From positions 21,824,001 through 21,888,000 of the forward strand of contig OZ365114.1 in NCBI GenBank assembly GCA_977030845.1: a stretch of DNA of 64,000 nucleotides. Reading direction: 5' to 3'. The stretch comes from Fimbriosthenelais zetlandica (lineage: Eukaryota). The notes under the pieces are model-generated. The model did no database searches. It was not told where the DNA came from and saw only the letters and a program-made list of their open reading frames with translations. Made by a program: the position numbers and the translations under genes. Positions 37,301-51,300 of the stretch are shown here, in pieces (within the stretch, counting starts at the first letter, position 1; each line of letters begins with the position of its first letter).

Positions 37301-40300
37301 GTTTGGAGGTGGCTGGGATGGAGGAGGAAGGCTCTTGCATTAACACTGATATTTTGCTACTGGGAGGTTTGAACTTATACAAGGTTCAAGTCCGTCCGTT
37401 CCCGGGATTATGTAGTGGGCATGGTATCAAATATGTCCAGAATGGAGCAACTCAGCAGAAATAGTGGAGGCTGGGAACTGATATCCCATCCGAGATTTAA
37501 TGATACCATCATAAGCTTGTATATTATACCATCAGCCTCATAACTAATGACTTAAATAATTATGTTTTCTCCATGGAAAAAATTGTCCCAGATGAAGAAT
37601 GAATTCAGCCAATAATGCCTCACAAATCACAAGAAAAAAATGTCAAAGTCTTTTTTTGTTATTTGTGAGACAAGCTGCAGCGAAATATGACAAATCATCT
37701 TCCTTTCCGACACTCAACACCCAGAGTAGGTTTTTGGTCGGGGAGAAGAAGGCTCGAGTGTCTTTCTGTGGAATTTCTGGCGTTGAGAGGAGAATACGTC
37801 CTCCAGACGTCATAAATGTCGAGAGTGCATCACTTATGTTCATAACATGGTGCTTTGTACAGGCCAGAAAATGCCTGCTGGTTATGGATCCAATTCCCTA
37901 GGATTTTTAATCATTTTCTCTCAGTAATAGTACGTAGTGCTCAAAGTAACATAGTAGAAATATGTTTAGGATTTATGGATTTCATTTCAATGTAAACGGA
38001 AGGTCACTTTAATATCTCATTGGGATTAATATAATTAGACTGATAAATATAACTTCAAAGAGTGTGTCTGACTTAATTTTACTGAGGCCCTGGGAGTTAG
38101 CCAGCAATCAGTCTAAAAAGTGAAGCAATTATTATGATTTGTTTCAGCAAAGTACATGAACAATATTTCAGTCAGATTCCCTTTGGCCCGGGCTCAGCAT
38201 TTATCACAGACACCAACAGACCTCACACAGAACTTGGTGAAACCAGTGAGGAGTGCGAGATAATAAGTATTAAGTGAAGTTGTTACTCATAGACCATGCA
38301 CACTTCCTTATAAAATAACAAAGCCATGTTCATAATCAGAGCTCAAGCAGATCGAATGCATTGAACAGACCAGAGCGTTTTGCTGTCACGCTCATGGTAC
38401 AGCTAGGTGACTTTTTATAGACCCAAACTTTGGTGACAGGTCTGTGTCTTTGTACCTAATTCAAGAGAATGTATAGCCTCTACGACCCGATTAGAGAGGA
38501 ATAATGCAGACAGCCGGAGGCGTTCATGGTCTGCTCCATGCATTACAGCAAATGCTCGTGAGTGACTCGTAGGAAGAGCTGGCCGTTTGTAGTTATATTC
38601 TAATTATAAGTTGTTTATATAAAGTGGCAGAGACAGTAGGGTGGCAGTAATGTGGCTGGGGGTAATTGGCTAGAGTTAACCTACTGATGATATTTCATAG
38701 GTCAACAAACAGCTGGCAGATATACAAATAGCAAACCATATCACCAGCCAATATATTCACAGCTTTTCTTGGTATAGCTGACGAATGTACAAGTCTAGTC
38801 AGGGTGGCAAAAATAACATAACCCTCACTACATTAACTTTCATATCATTCCTAAAGTTAAGAAAGTTCAGAAAGCAGGAGAGAGAAAATGTGTCCTAATT
38901 TAAACTCATGTTTTGAAGAGAAGTCAAAGCATGAAATGTTTCATTCAAAGGTACATAATAGAACCTGTAGTGGTACCTCGCAGAATGAATCACATGTAAG
39001 TATCAGATTGTGTGACATTATGTCGTTAGTAAAGTATATACCGTCATGTCAATTTATCATCAGGTAATTTGTCCATAATCCTGCAAACATTTCCAAACTG
39101 GAGAACATCCAAATTGTTTTTAACAAGGTCGAGAGTTAAATACAACAAAATCCTGTGAAATTCGCACCGTGCTGTGAATTTCACTTGTTATGGACATCTA
39201 ATATTAAAGTAATATTTCCACCCAAATATAGATGAAAAAATATATAGGAGGAAGTATAGGGTAATATATGGATCATTCTGTAGTCAGATACATTACAATA
39301 TATAGTGTATGCGGGTCAGGGGGCATACAATGAGGGGGTATAAGATAACGGATGTCCACTATAGTTATGTATAAGAGGATGTGGGGTGAGGGAAGCATGA
39401 AGACCCCCCTGGTCACTAGATGTGGTCAGTCATGGTATGATAGCAATGTCAGACATTAAGTAAAATCAACATGTGAACCGTAATTGGAGCATTGAGGCTG
39501 AAACTCAATGCTCCATAACAGAGGCCTTCACATGAAGGGCCAGGCACGGGCACGAGTCACATACAAACATGGATGACTCACAACATTGAATGCTTGGCTA
39601 ACATTATACATCCTCCCAAATTTTCTAAATATTTCTAAAACTAAAAGATACTAGATACTAAAAGTATATTAAGGCACCTTAAATCACATGGGAGCAATAT
39701 ATTTACAGAGTCATAAATGTGTTTAGGACAGAAGAGAAAGTGGAGGAGTTAGCATGGGTGAACAGATGAAGTTGTCAGAGCCATGGTTGTCTCTCACTCA
39801 GTTGACAAGTGATCGTCTCTCTACTTGTCGTCTTGGTGGGACTGACTGTTGTTTTCCTTTACCCCGCCACATGACTTGACATGCTGATCCATGTTTACAT
39901 GACGTGTAGCACATGCTTCCAGCATCCCGGGACATGCACAGCTCATCATGCATCTTTCTCTCATATCTCTCTCCCTCATTTTGCTTCTCTAGACAAAACC
40001 AAGGCTGGCCCAGGGCCGAGTTCAGACTTTGAAGCCATGAATTCCCATCGTTTTCCAGTCAAAATCACCCAAAAGTGGTAAAGTTTGAATTGACTGTTTT
40101 ATACCATGATATGTTGGGTGCATCCATCACTGACCCTCAGTGGATCTTTTATATTCCATGACAAAACATAACACCATCACCTGCCTCTTTCAATCATGGC
40201 ACAGGGCACGGAGAGATCTTTCCTCTCCAACTATTCTCTGTACAGAAACGAGCCAAGAATTTCTTACAAGTACATGTCACCCCGTTTCGTGTTGGTTTGA

Positions 40301-40465
40301 TCTTAATATTTGAACTCTTTCAAGCACATGTAATAACTATGTTAAAGTGCTGATATTTAGCCCGAAACAATAGTGGCATTTATGATTTATGCCTTATAGA
40401 TCAGGTTGCAGGTAACATCGGGAGGGGTACTAACAATCCTTTACAGAGCGGGGTCTGGAAGTACA

Positions 40466-40478
40466 GTTGCCTAGCAAC
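40466..40478. promoter_or_regulatory. RFX X-box motif
   Basis: GTTGCC-T-AGCAAC is a full, near-palindromic consensus match. A second variant, GTTGCAGGTAAC, lies at 40405-40416. Confidence 0.5.
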
Positions 40479-42340
40479 AACGTGAAACAAAAGGAACTAA
40501 AAAAGAGGGTTGGGCAAAGATGGAATAGGATGAGACAAGGGGTCAAGGACATATTTTACATCAAAGACTAAGTTGTTCCATTCACCATAAACTTCACCAT
40601 TTTCCTCTAACGTTCCGCATCGATATATTAAATATTTAATTCCTGAAAGGGTAGGAATTATTCCGCATTATACAGACACCAGACGTGTCAAGAAAGATAA
40701 ATGCATAAAGCATTTTGATACTAAACTAATAATGCAAAGTGTAGCATTGTCATTCTGAGGCAGGGACGAATTAATTTTCCACGACATGGGAGGAGAAAAT
40801 GCAATGGTCCTTTCCTCCCTACTTTCAGGAGTTTCCCAGGTCTACACTGAGTATATGAGATTTAGTTGTGATCAATCTTTTGAAGCGCTATCCAAAGATA
40901 GGGCTACAAAAGTATTCATTGTTAAGAGAATCAAATAGGAAGGTAAGAAACTACAGCGTTGTGACTTTGTTCAGGCCTAGATGCAGGATCTCAGCACAAT
41001 GCTTTCAGATTCCTGCTAATACAGATAAATCTTACAATAGAACTTGTTATAGAATAAAAGTTACTTCAGCCCCTTTCACTCCACCAAGCACCGACTCCAA
41101 GCCAAGAAACAAGTGGGGACAACACAGAAAGTAATCTTTTACCAATGGCCTGCGGGGAAGAGATAGATGGATAGCAGCTTCTGGAAACAAAGTGTGGCCA
41201 TGTATCTGGTATGGAGATATTGTTCCTATTGTCATTGCTTTTGTAAACTAACCAAGTATGCACCATGTCCTAACTATATACAATACACCCGGATCTCCTA
41301 ACAGTCTCATCTCTGCCAGTCGGGATAAAAATTGTATGACTTAAGGAAACATCTCTTCCCCATTTTCTTAGAGGATCAGGGCATATGATTCTCATTTTTG
41401 TCGAGGTCGATGGGTCTTTCTTTAAGCTAAGAATGTTGTGCATCTAGACAGATCTAGTTGACACGCGACTGCGCCATTTGAGTCTGGTACGATTTCTATG
41501 AAAAATATCAAAAATATATTTCAAGAAATTCGAGTCCGAGTTGGACCACTGCACTCTGAAGGCTAGCAGTGTAGCCTAATTCTCGGTGCTGATTATAAAA
41601 CTATGATTTATGATAAGATCAGACTTGATGCTATTTTAGAAAGGAACCTGATGTAGGTACCAGATATCCATCTGGAATGCACTCCTACGAGCAGCTCGCC
41701 ACCGAGTATTCTGAATATTAGTAACAGAGGCTCTTTTCACTCAAAATATCTCAGAGGAATTTACCGATATATAATGAGAGCGTCCCGTCGTATAGTTGGT
41801 ACCCGCGGTAGTCTACCAGTTTGTTTCATATGACATAATAAGGACTCCTTAAAATTGTGACTATGGGTATTACTCGCCAATCATATCTTAGACTTTAATA
41901 GGTCTATGTACATAGTGGTGGGTAGGCCTAGGATTATAGCAATCTAGGCTAGCTACATAGGCCTAGCACTAGCCTAGTAGGCCTAGCAGGCTTAGAAATG
42001 TCTTCGAGTCTGGGTTAATGTAGAATTTTCAATTTATTGATTGGAGGGGGATTGAAAGCCACCGGTGACTCAATGAATGATAAGGGGAGGAATGTCATAT
42101 TGGCAGTAATCTATATCACTTCTCGTTGATGGTCAGAGGTAGGCCTATTTTATCACGTGGCAGGAATCTTGAATGGTGGCGTAATTCATTCCTGTTCCTT
42201 TAACCGCGCGATCAGCCGCAGGCCTGGGGTAGGTCGGAGATAAATGGCAGCAGTAACCCTAATTATCATCAGCTTCTCATCCTGGAAACGTCCGTAAAAC
42301 GTTCACATAAAATGTGTCCCCGTCACACCAGACGACCGAC

Positions 42341-42354
42341 GTTGGCATGGTAAC
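42341..42354. promoter_or_regulatory. RFX X-box-like motif within a CpG-richer patch
   Basis: GTTGGC-AT-GGTAAC (1 mismatch). A TGAGTCA (AP-1-type) site lies about 20 bp downstream, and CpG is visibly more frequent locally. Confidence 0.35.
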
Positions 42355-45300
42355 GACATGCTCATCTCGCTCTGTGAGTCACCCATCAGATATAGGCCTA
42401 GTGGTAGGCCTAGATGTGTCCCCGGGGTCTCCCGGGCCTGTACCCACTGTCTTCCCTGACCTCAAAGATGCAAGACTTTGATTTTGAAGAGCAACTCAGC
42501 AAGTGATGCACTTGTTTTACCTAAAGTCTAACCAACGAGTCTGACCTAGTTGAAGAGATCTACTGGTGAGTATGGTGTACCTATATTATATCAATTAAAG
42601 ATCTAGGCTAGACTAGGTTATAAAAAATATAGGCTAGGGGGGCTATCTGTATCAGCCCAGATGAAATGAGTTGCGGTGTGGAGGCAATGTGACAATGACA
42701 TCCCCCTCTTCAATACGCCCTATCGTTTTCCTTTTAAAGAATGAGCCAAGGCTGTAAGGCATTTAACACAAAGCCCATTCAAAATCTATAAGATTGATCA
42801 TAGAAGCAGTAGAAGGTTAGAGACAGCCCAGGCTAAAGATGCACGTCGTCACAGACACGACCTTGGCACGTCTCGCTATTGTCATGACAACTGACCCAGA
42901 TATGGCTGACCTCGAGGCGACGTGACCTACTTCTGTCCATCCCCATGCTCCTGGACATGACTGGATCTGGGTGCAAACTGCCACCATTTCTCTCCCTTAA
43001 AAATGTGCCATCACATGTAATTAGCAAGAGAAAATTCACTAGTTTCCGACCAGACAGGATCCCCATTTTGCCTCAACAATATTTCATGCTTTAGGTTTTC
43101 ACCAAAGGGGAGCCTAGGCTATTTCCAATAGAGTAGGTCTACAAAATGGGACACTTCCAAGAACCCTGAAAAATTCAGATTGAAATTCCACAGATATTTG
43201 ATTGTGATTTAGAGGATACATTTTAGAGTATAACTTCCATAATGTATTACCCCACGACCTCTCGACCCTTGGTCGGAACTGACAGTGCAAGATATGCAAT
43301 ATATCACTGCCAGTTGTCAGTATATGAAAATTAGCAATGATATTGAATACATATGAATGGAAAGTCATCTCTATTGGGGGTTATTCAAGTTGAGAATACA
43401 TTACTCGTCCCAACCCCTGCATTTATAGCCCACGCCCCATGACTGAGTGGGCTGAAATGCTAAGAACTTCCAAGAATTTTAAATTTAATCAACAAGGGTT
43501 GAATGGGAGGTTATCCAAGCAGTGCCCTCAGCCCTGGAGTTCGGCCCTGGAGGGGTGCGACTCCAGAGGCAGAAACAAATATACTGATATCTGATTTCTA
43601 AACCTGTCCAAGTAGAAAGGGCTTACATAAAACACAGGTCTGGGATCTAGACCACATTGAGTTATGAAAATTCAGGGGCTCCACCTATATAGGCCTACAG
43701 TACTTCAGTGTGGGGTCCATACAATTTAATGCATCAAAAAAAGCTTCCAGGGAGAATGCTTTGCCCGCCTCGCAGTGCCTGTATGCCTGAGTGGGCATCA
43801 AATGACCTGTGGTGGAAATGAAGTAGTTCTGCACCTTTTATCTTACCCACCACATGCTTCAATTTGCATCACCTGATGCTTTCTTCAAAGGTCAAAGGTT
43901 GGTGAAATAGTCGATAGAAACATTCACACCCTCCCCTCCATCTCTTAGCCCACTTGCACAACACCCATTCTTTTCAAATGCAAATTATTTGTGCATGTAT
44001 GAATCACTTCTCTGATCATATTTAAAATCAGTATTTTGTGCCCAAACCACTGCCTTACCCCGATATATGTATCATTGTATTAGTGCTACAAACAGGGTAT
44101 TGTTGCATATTGACGACCTCAGATAACACATCGTCTGTAGCAGGTCAAATACATTCTCTTCCCACAGTGTAATAACAGATGAATATGATTATCATCCATA
44201 ATCCTGTCAAGTCTTCAATCATACTCAGTTAAATCACTGTTATTCAAAATTTGAATATCCACTATGACATTAAACTTTGTTATCCTACCATTTCCAAGGT
44301 CAATTACACACCTTGAAATTTGCCTTTTACACTTGGGTTTAGACAAGAGTACCCCACATTTATGTATAGTGGATTCAAACGAGAGGTGACAGCCTCCCAG
44401 TTATCTTCAAAATAATAGCATGACAACTGCCTGGACTTGTCTTATCAAAGAGAAGCGCTGGTATGGATATATTCTGGTCATTGTCACTGGGCAGTAGGTG
44501 GGAGGGTGTGGGAGGGTGTGGGGGGTATAGGTCATTGCTGACGACCACGTACACTACTCTACCAGCTCTGAATCAATCGTTACCTCCAAGGTGTTTATCA
44601 TGAAAGCCAAACAAACACTTAGAGGGTAACCACTTCACAGGATGGTCCACTCACTCTCAAGAGTTAAGTGTGTGACTATCTGAGAGTGAGGGTGTTTACA
44701 TACTAACCCCTACACAGGGGTCTGTAAGGAACTAAAGGTCCCCAACAGAGAATCATAATAACAAGTTCATAAATATTAGAAATCAAATCAACAACTTGAT
44801 GAATATTTTGTTTGGAACGCTCAAGTCATATTAACCTCCCATTCTGCTAAGGGGAGCACCCACAATAAAATGCTCTTTAAATTGCATGTCAGTGAGATTC
44901 TATTCAATCCGTTTCATTGCCAACAATAACTACTGCCTTTTAAAACCCCTCCCTACGATTTCTTTGTCCACAAATCTCACTTTTTACCTTCACGGGAAAC
45001 TGGTCTTTTTCATCTCCTTTGCTTCTTTCCTGTTTTTATCCCAAAATGATTTCAAAGGGCCGGTCTAATAGGGCAGAAAGCGTCGGTGCAGGGAAATATT
45101 TTACAAAGAATTTGCTTGACTGCATGCATCGATAGGAGAATAGGGGAGAGGAAAAAATACACAAAAAATATCCACAAAATCGACCTTGATTTGAACCAAT
45201 CGACTGCTGCTGCAGTCCACATCAGTCCCAGACAGCAGTGACAGTCTAAAATCACTGCTATTGAGAACAGCATAACAAAGGCCTAATAGGCCTAACTGAT

Positions 45301-48300
45301 ACCGTGAAAGGCACTTATAGTGTCATTGAAATCCATATCTAATATTAATATCATGGACTCCCCCTCAAACCTCGTGACGAGGATCGCAGAATAACATCAA
45401 AAGAAAGGGATTAACTGTATAGAACATATACAGAAAGATTCATATGTTTGCCTTCGTTCACCAAAAGAATCTCACAATTCTTTCCTAATGAGAAGATATA
45501 CGCCTGACCCAAAAAATGTGCTAATGATGACAGTTTTTTCAGCAGGCTTATTTACACGTACTGTGAGGACTATAGTACCCACCCAGCTCCAAACAGACCC
45601 CACCACCACAGCTGTACACCCAGTTATTCGCCTCGCTTCATCTTAATCCCTCGACCCGGTTGGAGAGATCTATGAGGAACGAAACTACACTAAGATTATT
45701 TCTCACAGGATGGTTCCATTTTTTTGTGAAAATTGCTTGAGACACAGGAGACCACCCGGAGAGTTGCGACATAAAGAAACTAGTAGATGACTGGTTGAAT
45801 GGAAGCTAAACGTAACCTGTTATTGCTTGGAATGTCATATTACATCCTTACAAGTGTTTCCCACAGCCTCCTTAACTCAATGCTCAATCTTAAAGTGCAC
45901 TTTCTGTGTCAATAAGAAAAGTAACATTGTATTTTGAAAGAGTTGGGTTAAGTCAATGGCAGCCAAATACATGAAGTAAAGCTTAAGTCCATTTACTCAA
46001 TGGGTAGACTTAAAATGGAAGTGAGTGAGGTCTCTGAGGTCTATCTTGTAAGGCCCTCTCAGCAGTAAGGGCCTGAGGGGGATTGACTTGGTGACCTTCT
46101 CGTCCTCGTCATGCACATAGTGACATCTTGGTTAAACCTCGTTAATGGAGCGGGGGACAGTTATTAATCACTTCTCATTAACACCACTCTCACTCGCCTC
46201 TTCTGCTCCACTTCGACTCCACTTGTTCAAACAGAGACATTTGTTTAAATTCATGCAGTTTCTGCAGAGGAAATAACCAGAAGAATCAAGATTCATTCTC
46301 CAATAACGATCATTATACGATTATTGTAAAACTATCTATTCTGGCATTTTCTCTAGTCAAAGGGACCATTTTTCTTTTTTAGACATGTCAATTTAAAGCA
46401 TACACAAAAGTATTTGCCCCGTGAAACAATACATCATGGGGCATGTACGCAATAAGCCAGCCCGGGGCCAGGCTGATTAGTCTAGTCATAAAACATGGAA
46501 TCTGATGTTATTAGAAGGGCAACCAGAGCTTAGATAAAATTAGTTAAAATATATTGGCATCGCCGATCTTCCCATTATTCTAATGGACAGGCAGCCAGAA
46601 AGGCCTGTGGCTGCAGAGAGGTACTTTCGTGCCAAATGGTATTTCATCCAGCCCAGGTAAAATACCTTTGGGATCATGTAATTTTGTTTGGATGGCGTTG
46701 TCGAAGGCTTGAGCTATAGGCAGACATGAACCGATGTATGGATCAATACTCAAACCATACAAACAACTTAGTGATGGAGTGTGTGTTTAGCAGAATATAA
46801 CCTAACATATAGATCAAATATTGCCCTGATTTACGGCCATTTTGCAAAGAGTTCCCGTAAAAGCTGGGGTAGAAACACGTGGACATACATCATCGTCCAT
46901 TGAGAGAAGTGATGAAAGGCATTAGGGAAGAGTAAGGGCTTCTGGCGAGAAAAAAGATCTATTGGGAAAGAGGGGTCTATGTTATGTAGCGCCTAAAGCT
47001 GTATGTACCAAGTCTTAAGGGTCTAAAGCCTGTATGACTTGTATAGAGGGATACCACTCCTACACACAAGCCCCTCATATACTCATACAGTGTTGACAAA
47101 CGCTGACTTGAGATGAAGAATGGCATTGTCATTGTCACTGACGGACGGCTACTCCAAAGGGCAACATTTGAGTTTGAATTTGTGGGTGTTAGGATCCAAG
47201 AGCAACATCAAAAACCTCTGGGAATTCCATTGAGGTATTATTCTGGGGGCACAGGGGCATTCCATTCTTTGGGATCCAGACAAATTTATAGGGTCCAATA
47301 GTTCCGTTTTTGAAAGATGATGTGGGACTCATGACCTTGAGACGGTCCGTGTTTCTTCTTCTTTTCTGAGTGGGAGGTTAAAGATATTTCTTTAGGAGGA
47401 AATATTATACATGCGGGCGAACTTACATTGAAGAAGTACATGTATATTTATTGGTTTATGGCTTGGATAGTCATAACATTATGTCGAGGCTGAAAGGGAT
47501 GGTCATATAGGCCCTATATATACTATTGGCAATGCGAGGCACGCGTCCCCATGCTCCAAACATGACATAATGTCTGTGATAAATTCAAATATGCAACTTC
47601 TTCCCATATCAATGATACGAGGGCGCCGATAACAAAAGCCAATCTACCACTATCAAGGTCGTGAGGCGAACTAAGGTCAAACCTATGTCAACACAGAGGT
47701 CAGCCAGTGTCAATCACTTGTTTAAAGTATCCGGCCGTTGAGGAGCCATGAAATAGCTGTTTTTTCTCTCACTCCATATTTCATACCCAGACAGGGAAGG
47801 GCGAGCATGCTGCCAGGAAATTGGCAAACAAGAACCAAAAACAAGAGCCAACAAACCCATCATAATCGGCTCTGACTTATTTGGTTTTTTTCTGATATAG
47901 TCTAGTGAGTGTGGCTCAGCTGTGGAGTGATGTTGTGAAACATTAGGTAATGAGGGAATTGTCTAGCTTCTATTGTCTGGGTGGGAGAAATAGCAGCATA
48001 TTTCCTCCCTAATAGGCCCATCGACATGGGGTTAATAACTGGACTACTGTGGCTCAGTCAGGGCTCCCAGTATAGAGATACAGCAGTGATTAATCAAATA
48101 TAAAATACTATAAAGATTCTATATTCAAGCCACATTTAAACCAGTGAGCAGAGACATCATTATTTCAAATATAAGATGCTAGCGTGCCACCTCACATTAT
48201 TGGTGGCACGGCTGCCACTTCACTCTGTGGGTGGCACAGCTCTACTCAGGTTGATGAATGCTCTAAAGAAATATTTCTTGCTAGAAGTTAAATCATCTAC

Positions 48301-51300
48301 ATGAAAAAGTTCTCCTATGTAGTTCGGACCTTAGACACTTGATTTCACTAAAGAAATACCAATTAAGCAGTTGAACCTGCCTTTTTCACGGCTTATAAAA
48401 GGTAATTTCTTTATGTGACGTTACACTATTTTTATGTCACTCATGAAGCTGCGAGTACAAAGAAGGATGTCAGTGTTGGATTTTAAATTCATGTGATGTG
48501 ATTTGAATTATAACAACTCATTCTTTATCTTCATAGAACATAATCACCAGCAGTCACAGGTCTAGAAATTATGACCCCCGTGTCTAATCACCTTACAAAG
48601 CCGTATTAGCTGCATGCATGGAGCATGGTTTTTTGCCTGGGATGTTTTTGCTAGAATAGTAGTTAGGGAGCGTTGGTATTGATTTGGTGGTTTACTCTGT
48701 TTATTCAGTGAGAAGTAATAGAAGTGGCATGGAATTAGCTGGCTGGCAAAGGTCATACCATAAAGAGAGGGGGGTCTTAGCTTTATACGTCTCTCTAACT
48801 TTGATAGTAAGCTTCAGTAAATACATGATCACCTATACGACCAGGCTCTGATGGAAAGCCTAACCCAGATTCTTTTCAAGAGTCATATAGGTAAATCCCA
48901 AACATCTGCCAAATCACTGCGAAAGTGTTTATATGATCAGAATATTCCCAAAGTAATGAAAACACTATTTTACTACTGTAAAGGGCAAGAAGGCAATAAA
49001 ATTATGTACACATACACTGGGTCATAATACAGACTTTGGTACGTGCACCTGAATGTGCTTGATCATAATACAGATCATAGGTGCACATGTTTCCCATTTC
49101 ATTTCAATAACTTCAGCACTTGACAAACACATTTATCCAGTTATGGAAAAGGGATATTTCCTTTAAGGGAATACGTGTTACGATCTATATAGAGCTGACA
49201 AACCTATTTGTCAAGCGACAGACACATGTGGTCTTCAGGATCAATTAGAGCTGTTCTATGAAAAGACCTGCTCATATTCTGATCTTACATGTCAGACATA
49301 ATATGATGTATATCGTACCCCCTTAAAGCTCACACGTGCCCAGCCTTCAAGTCAGAGATAGTGTTTCATATAGACATGTTCACGAATATATATCCATTCA
49401 AAAGCAGTTATCCTATACTTATTCGCTCTTTGACGCTTGTAATCATAACCAAGACTAAAATACATCCAAATACCAGTGGATTCAAACAGAAAAAGCTGGG
49501 AAATAAGGTCCAGGGTAGAAAAACATAGATTTCATGAATGTTTTATAGGACATGTGGTCCTTATTTGCCTCATCAGCCAACAAGGAATTTTTCCACGGCA
49601 GATGTTGGCCTAGTCTTCTCAGGTTTACAAGCAAAATACACACGAGGGGTGAAAGATAACGATTTGAGAAATATGCAACGTAACTAGTCAAAACCAACTC
49701 CTGACAAAAAGAAACCACAATGAAATAAATGATCTCTCTACCACGACCTAAACATGAGAGACTGTAAACAGTAAGAGGACCTTAAGTATATATGTTAGCT
49801 TTCTCAGAAGATGCTTATTGCCTTTAACCTCACTACAAGTGTTACCATAAGTGAATGTACATGACAGAGTGGCTAGAGCGATGAGATGGCAAATTATAAT
49901 AACCATCATGTACTGAGGTAATCTGCAGAAAAATCACTCATTATTTAGCCCATTCTAAACTATAGCTTTAATTACCTTAATCTGCAGAAGGATCTCCCAA
50001 AATACACTGGGGAATTGCGTCATTTTTGTGAGTAATTTATTATACTGATTTGATATTTACAGCACAACCATTACATTATATACACCAGTGTATATAAATA
50101 TGTCAATTTAAATAAGGACAAATGAGAAAAAATATCGTACATAATGGAGCGTCTATATGAAGATCATGAATCATGTTACAAGTAGTCCATAGCATGTCAG
50201 GCAACGCAGGAATTATTTTATGATATGGGGGTAAAATGAAATGGGAGGCAACAATTGGCTACCCGACTGGGTCAATTATGTATTTAACTTACCCTGATAT
50301 GCATATATGTACAACTCAAGGCCTCAAGTGGGGGTCCGGGCTGTCAGCTGACCCGCATTCTATATTATAATATTTCCCGTTAAATATTACGGGTTTGGTC
50401 ATGATAATTATTTATGGCCAGCAACTGATTTCTTCGGGCAAAGGTCCCGGAAGGATATTAATTTATGCCCAATTTATCACTCCCGGATAGGAGAAAAATA
50501 TTATGATATTACACAGATGAACAGGGAACTGTTCACTCACTTTCAAGCCAAAAATCATATTCTTATTTAGGGATAGACCAGGAAGTCCAACAAGAGCTGT
50601 AACCTGAGCTGTGAAGAAGTGAAGAACCAACCCTTAGTGTTATTTAGGGGGAACCTTATATGGAGAACAATGGGCTTTAAATTAGACGTGTCCCGGGAGG
50701 TAAGCATGGAAATGATGGGTGCTCATTGCCCGGGAGTAGCCCTCATCAAGGTAGTCTGTAATCACATGTTAGAGCTGGGGGAGGTGGGTGCTACACTGAC
50801 ACGACATGCAACCAAGCGTGACCAATTATACCATCATGGTTCTAATACACTGTGACAGCTCTTAATCCCAGTGAAACGCCATGCTTTTAACATGTAAAAG
50901 CTTACTGTCCTAACCCGGACATATACTGGCAGGGACTATATATATACAAGGGCAAACAACCTTCCCCTGGGCTACTATTAAAACAATCTGTTTGTTGAGG
51001 ATAACCCCCATAATAAACGCACAAAATGCTGACTCAGTGCACTACATGTTGGTCCAACTCAACCAAGCATGAATTACTCCCGGAAGTAGGAATATTTCAT
51101 TGACCCTCTGCTCTCTTATCAATTATCTTGCTCCTAATGGGAATTATATAAAGCAGACTGCTGTACTCGACCTTAATTAACACAGCGCCTGAGTGGGAAT
51201 CATTTACATGTCGTGATAGGGCTATATATGTGGGCTGTACATGTATATATGTCGGTGGGTCTATTCATTTGATGCTGACCATATGTCTGCTGACCAGACG

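Noticed and set aside
44060-44340. Minus-strand frame with RCVI occurring twice (KPKCKRQISRCVIDLGNGR...YRRCVI*)
   Set aside because: Two internal stops and only a 4-residue match; too weak to call a repeat protein.
41920-45300. Recurring taggccta motif as a taxonomic clue (echinoderm-like)
   Set aside because: Only an impression from memory; not enough to assign the organism.
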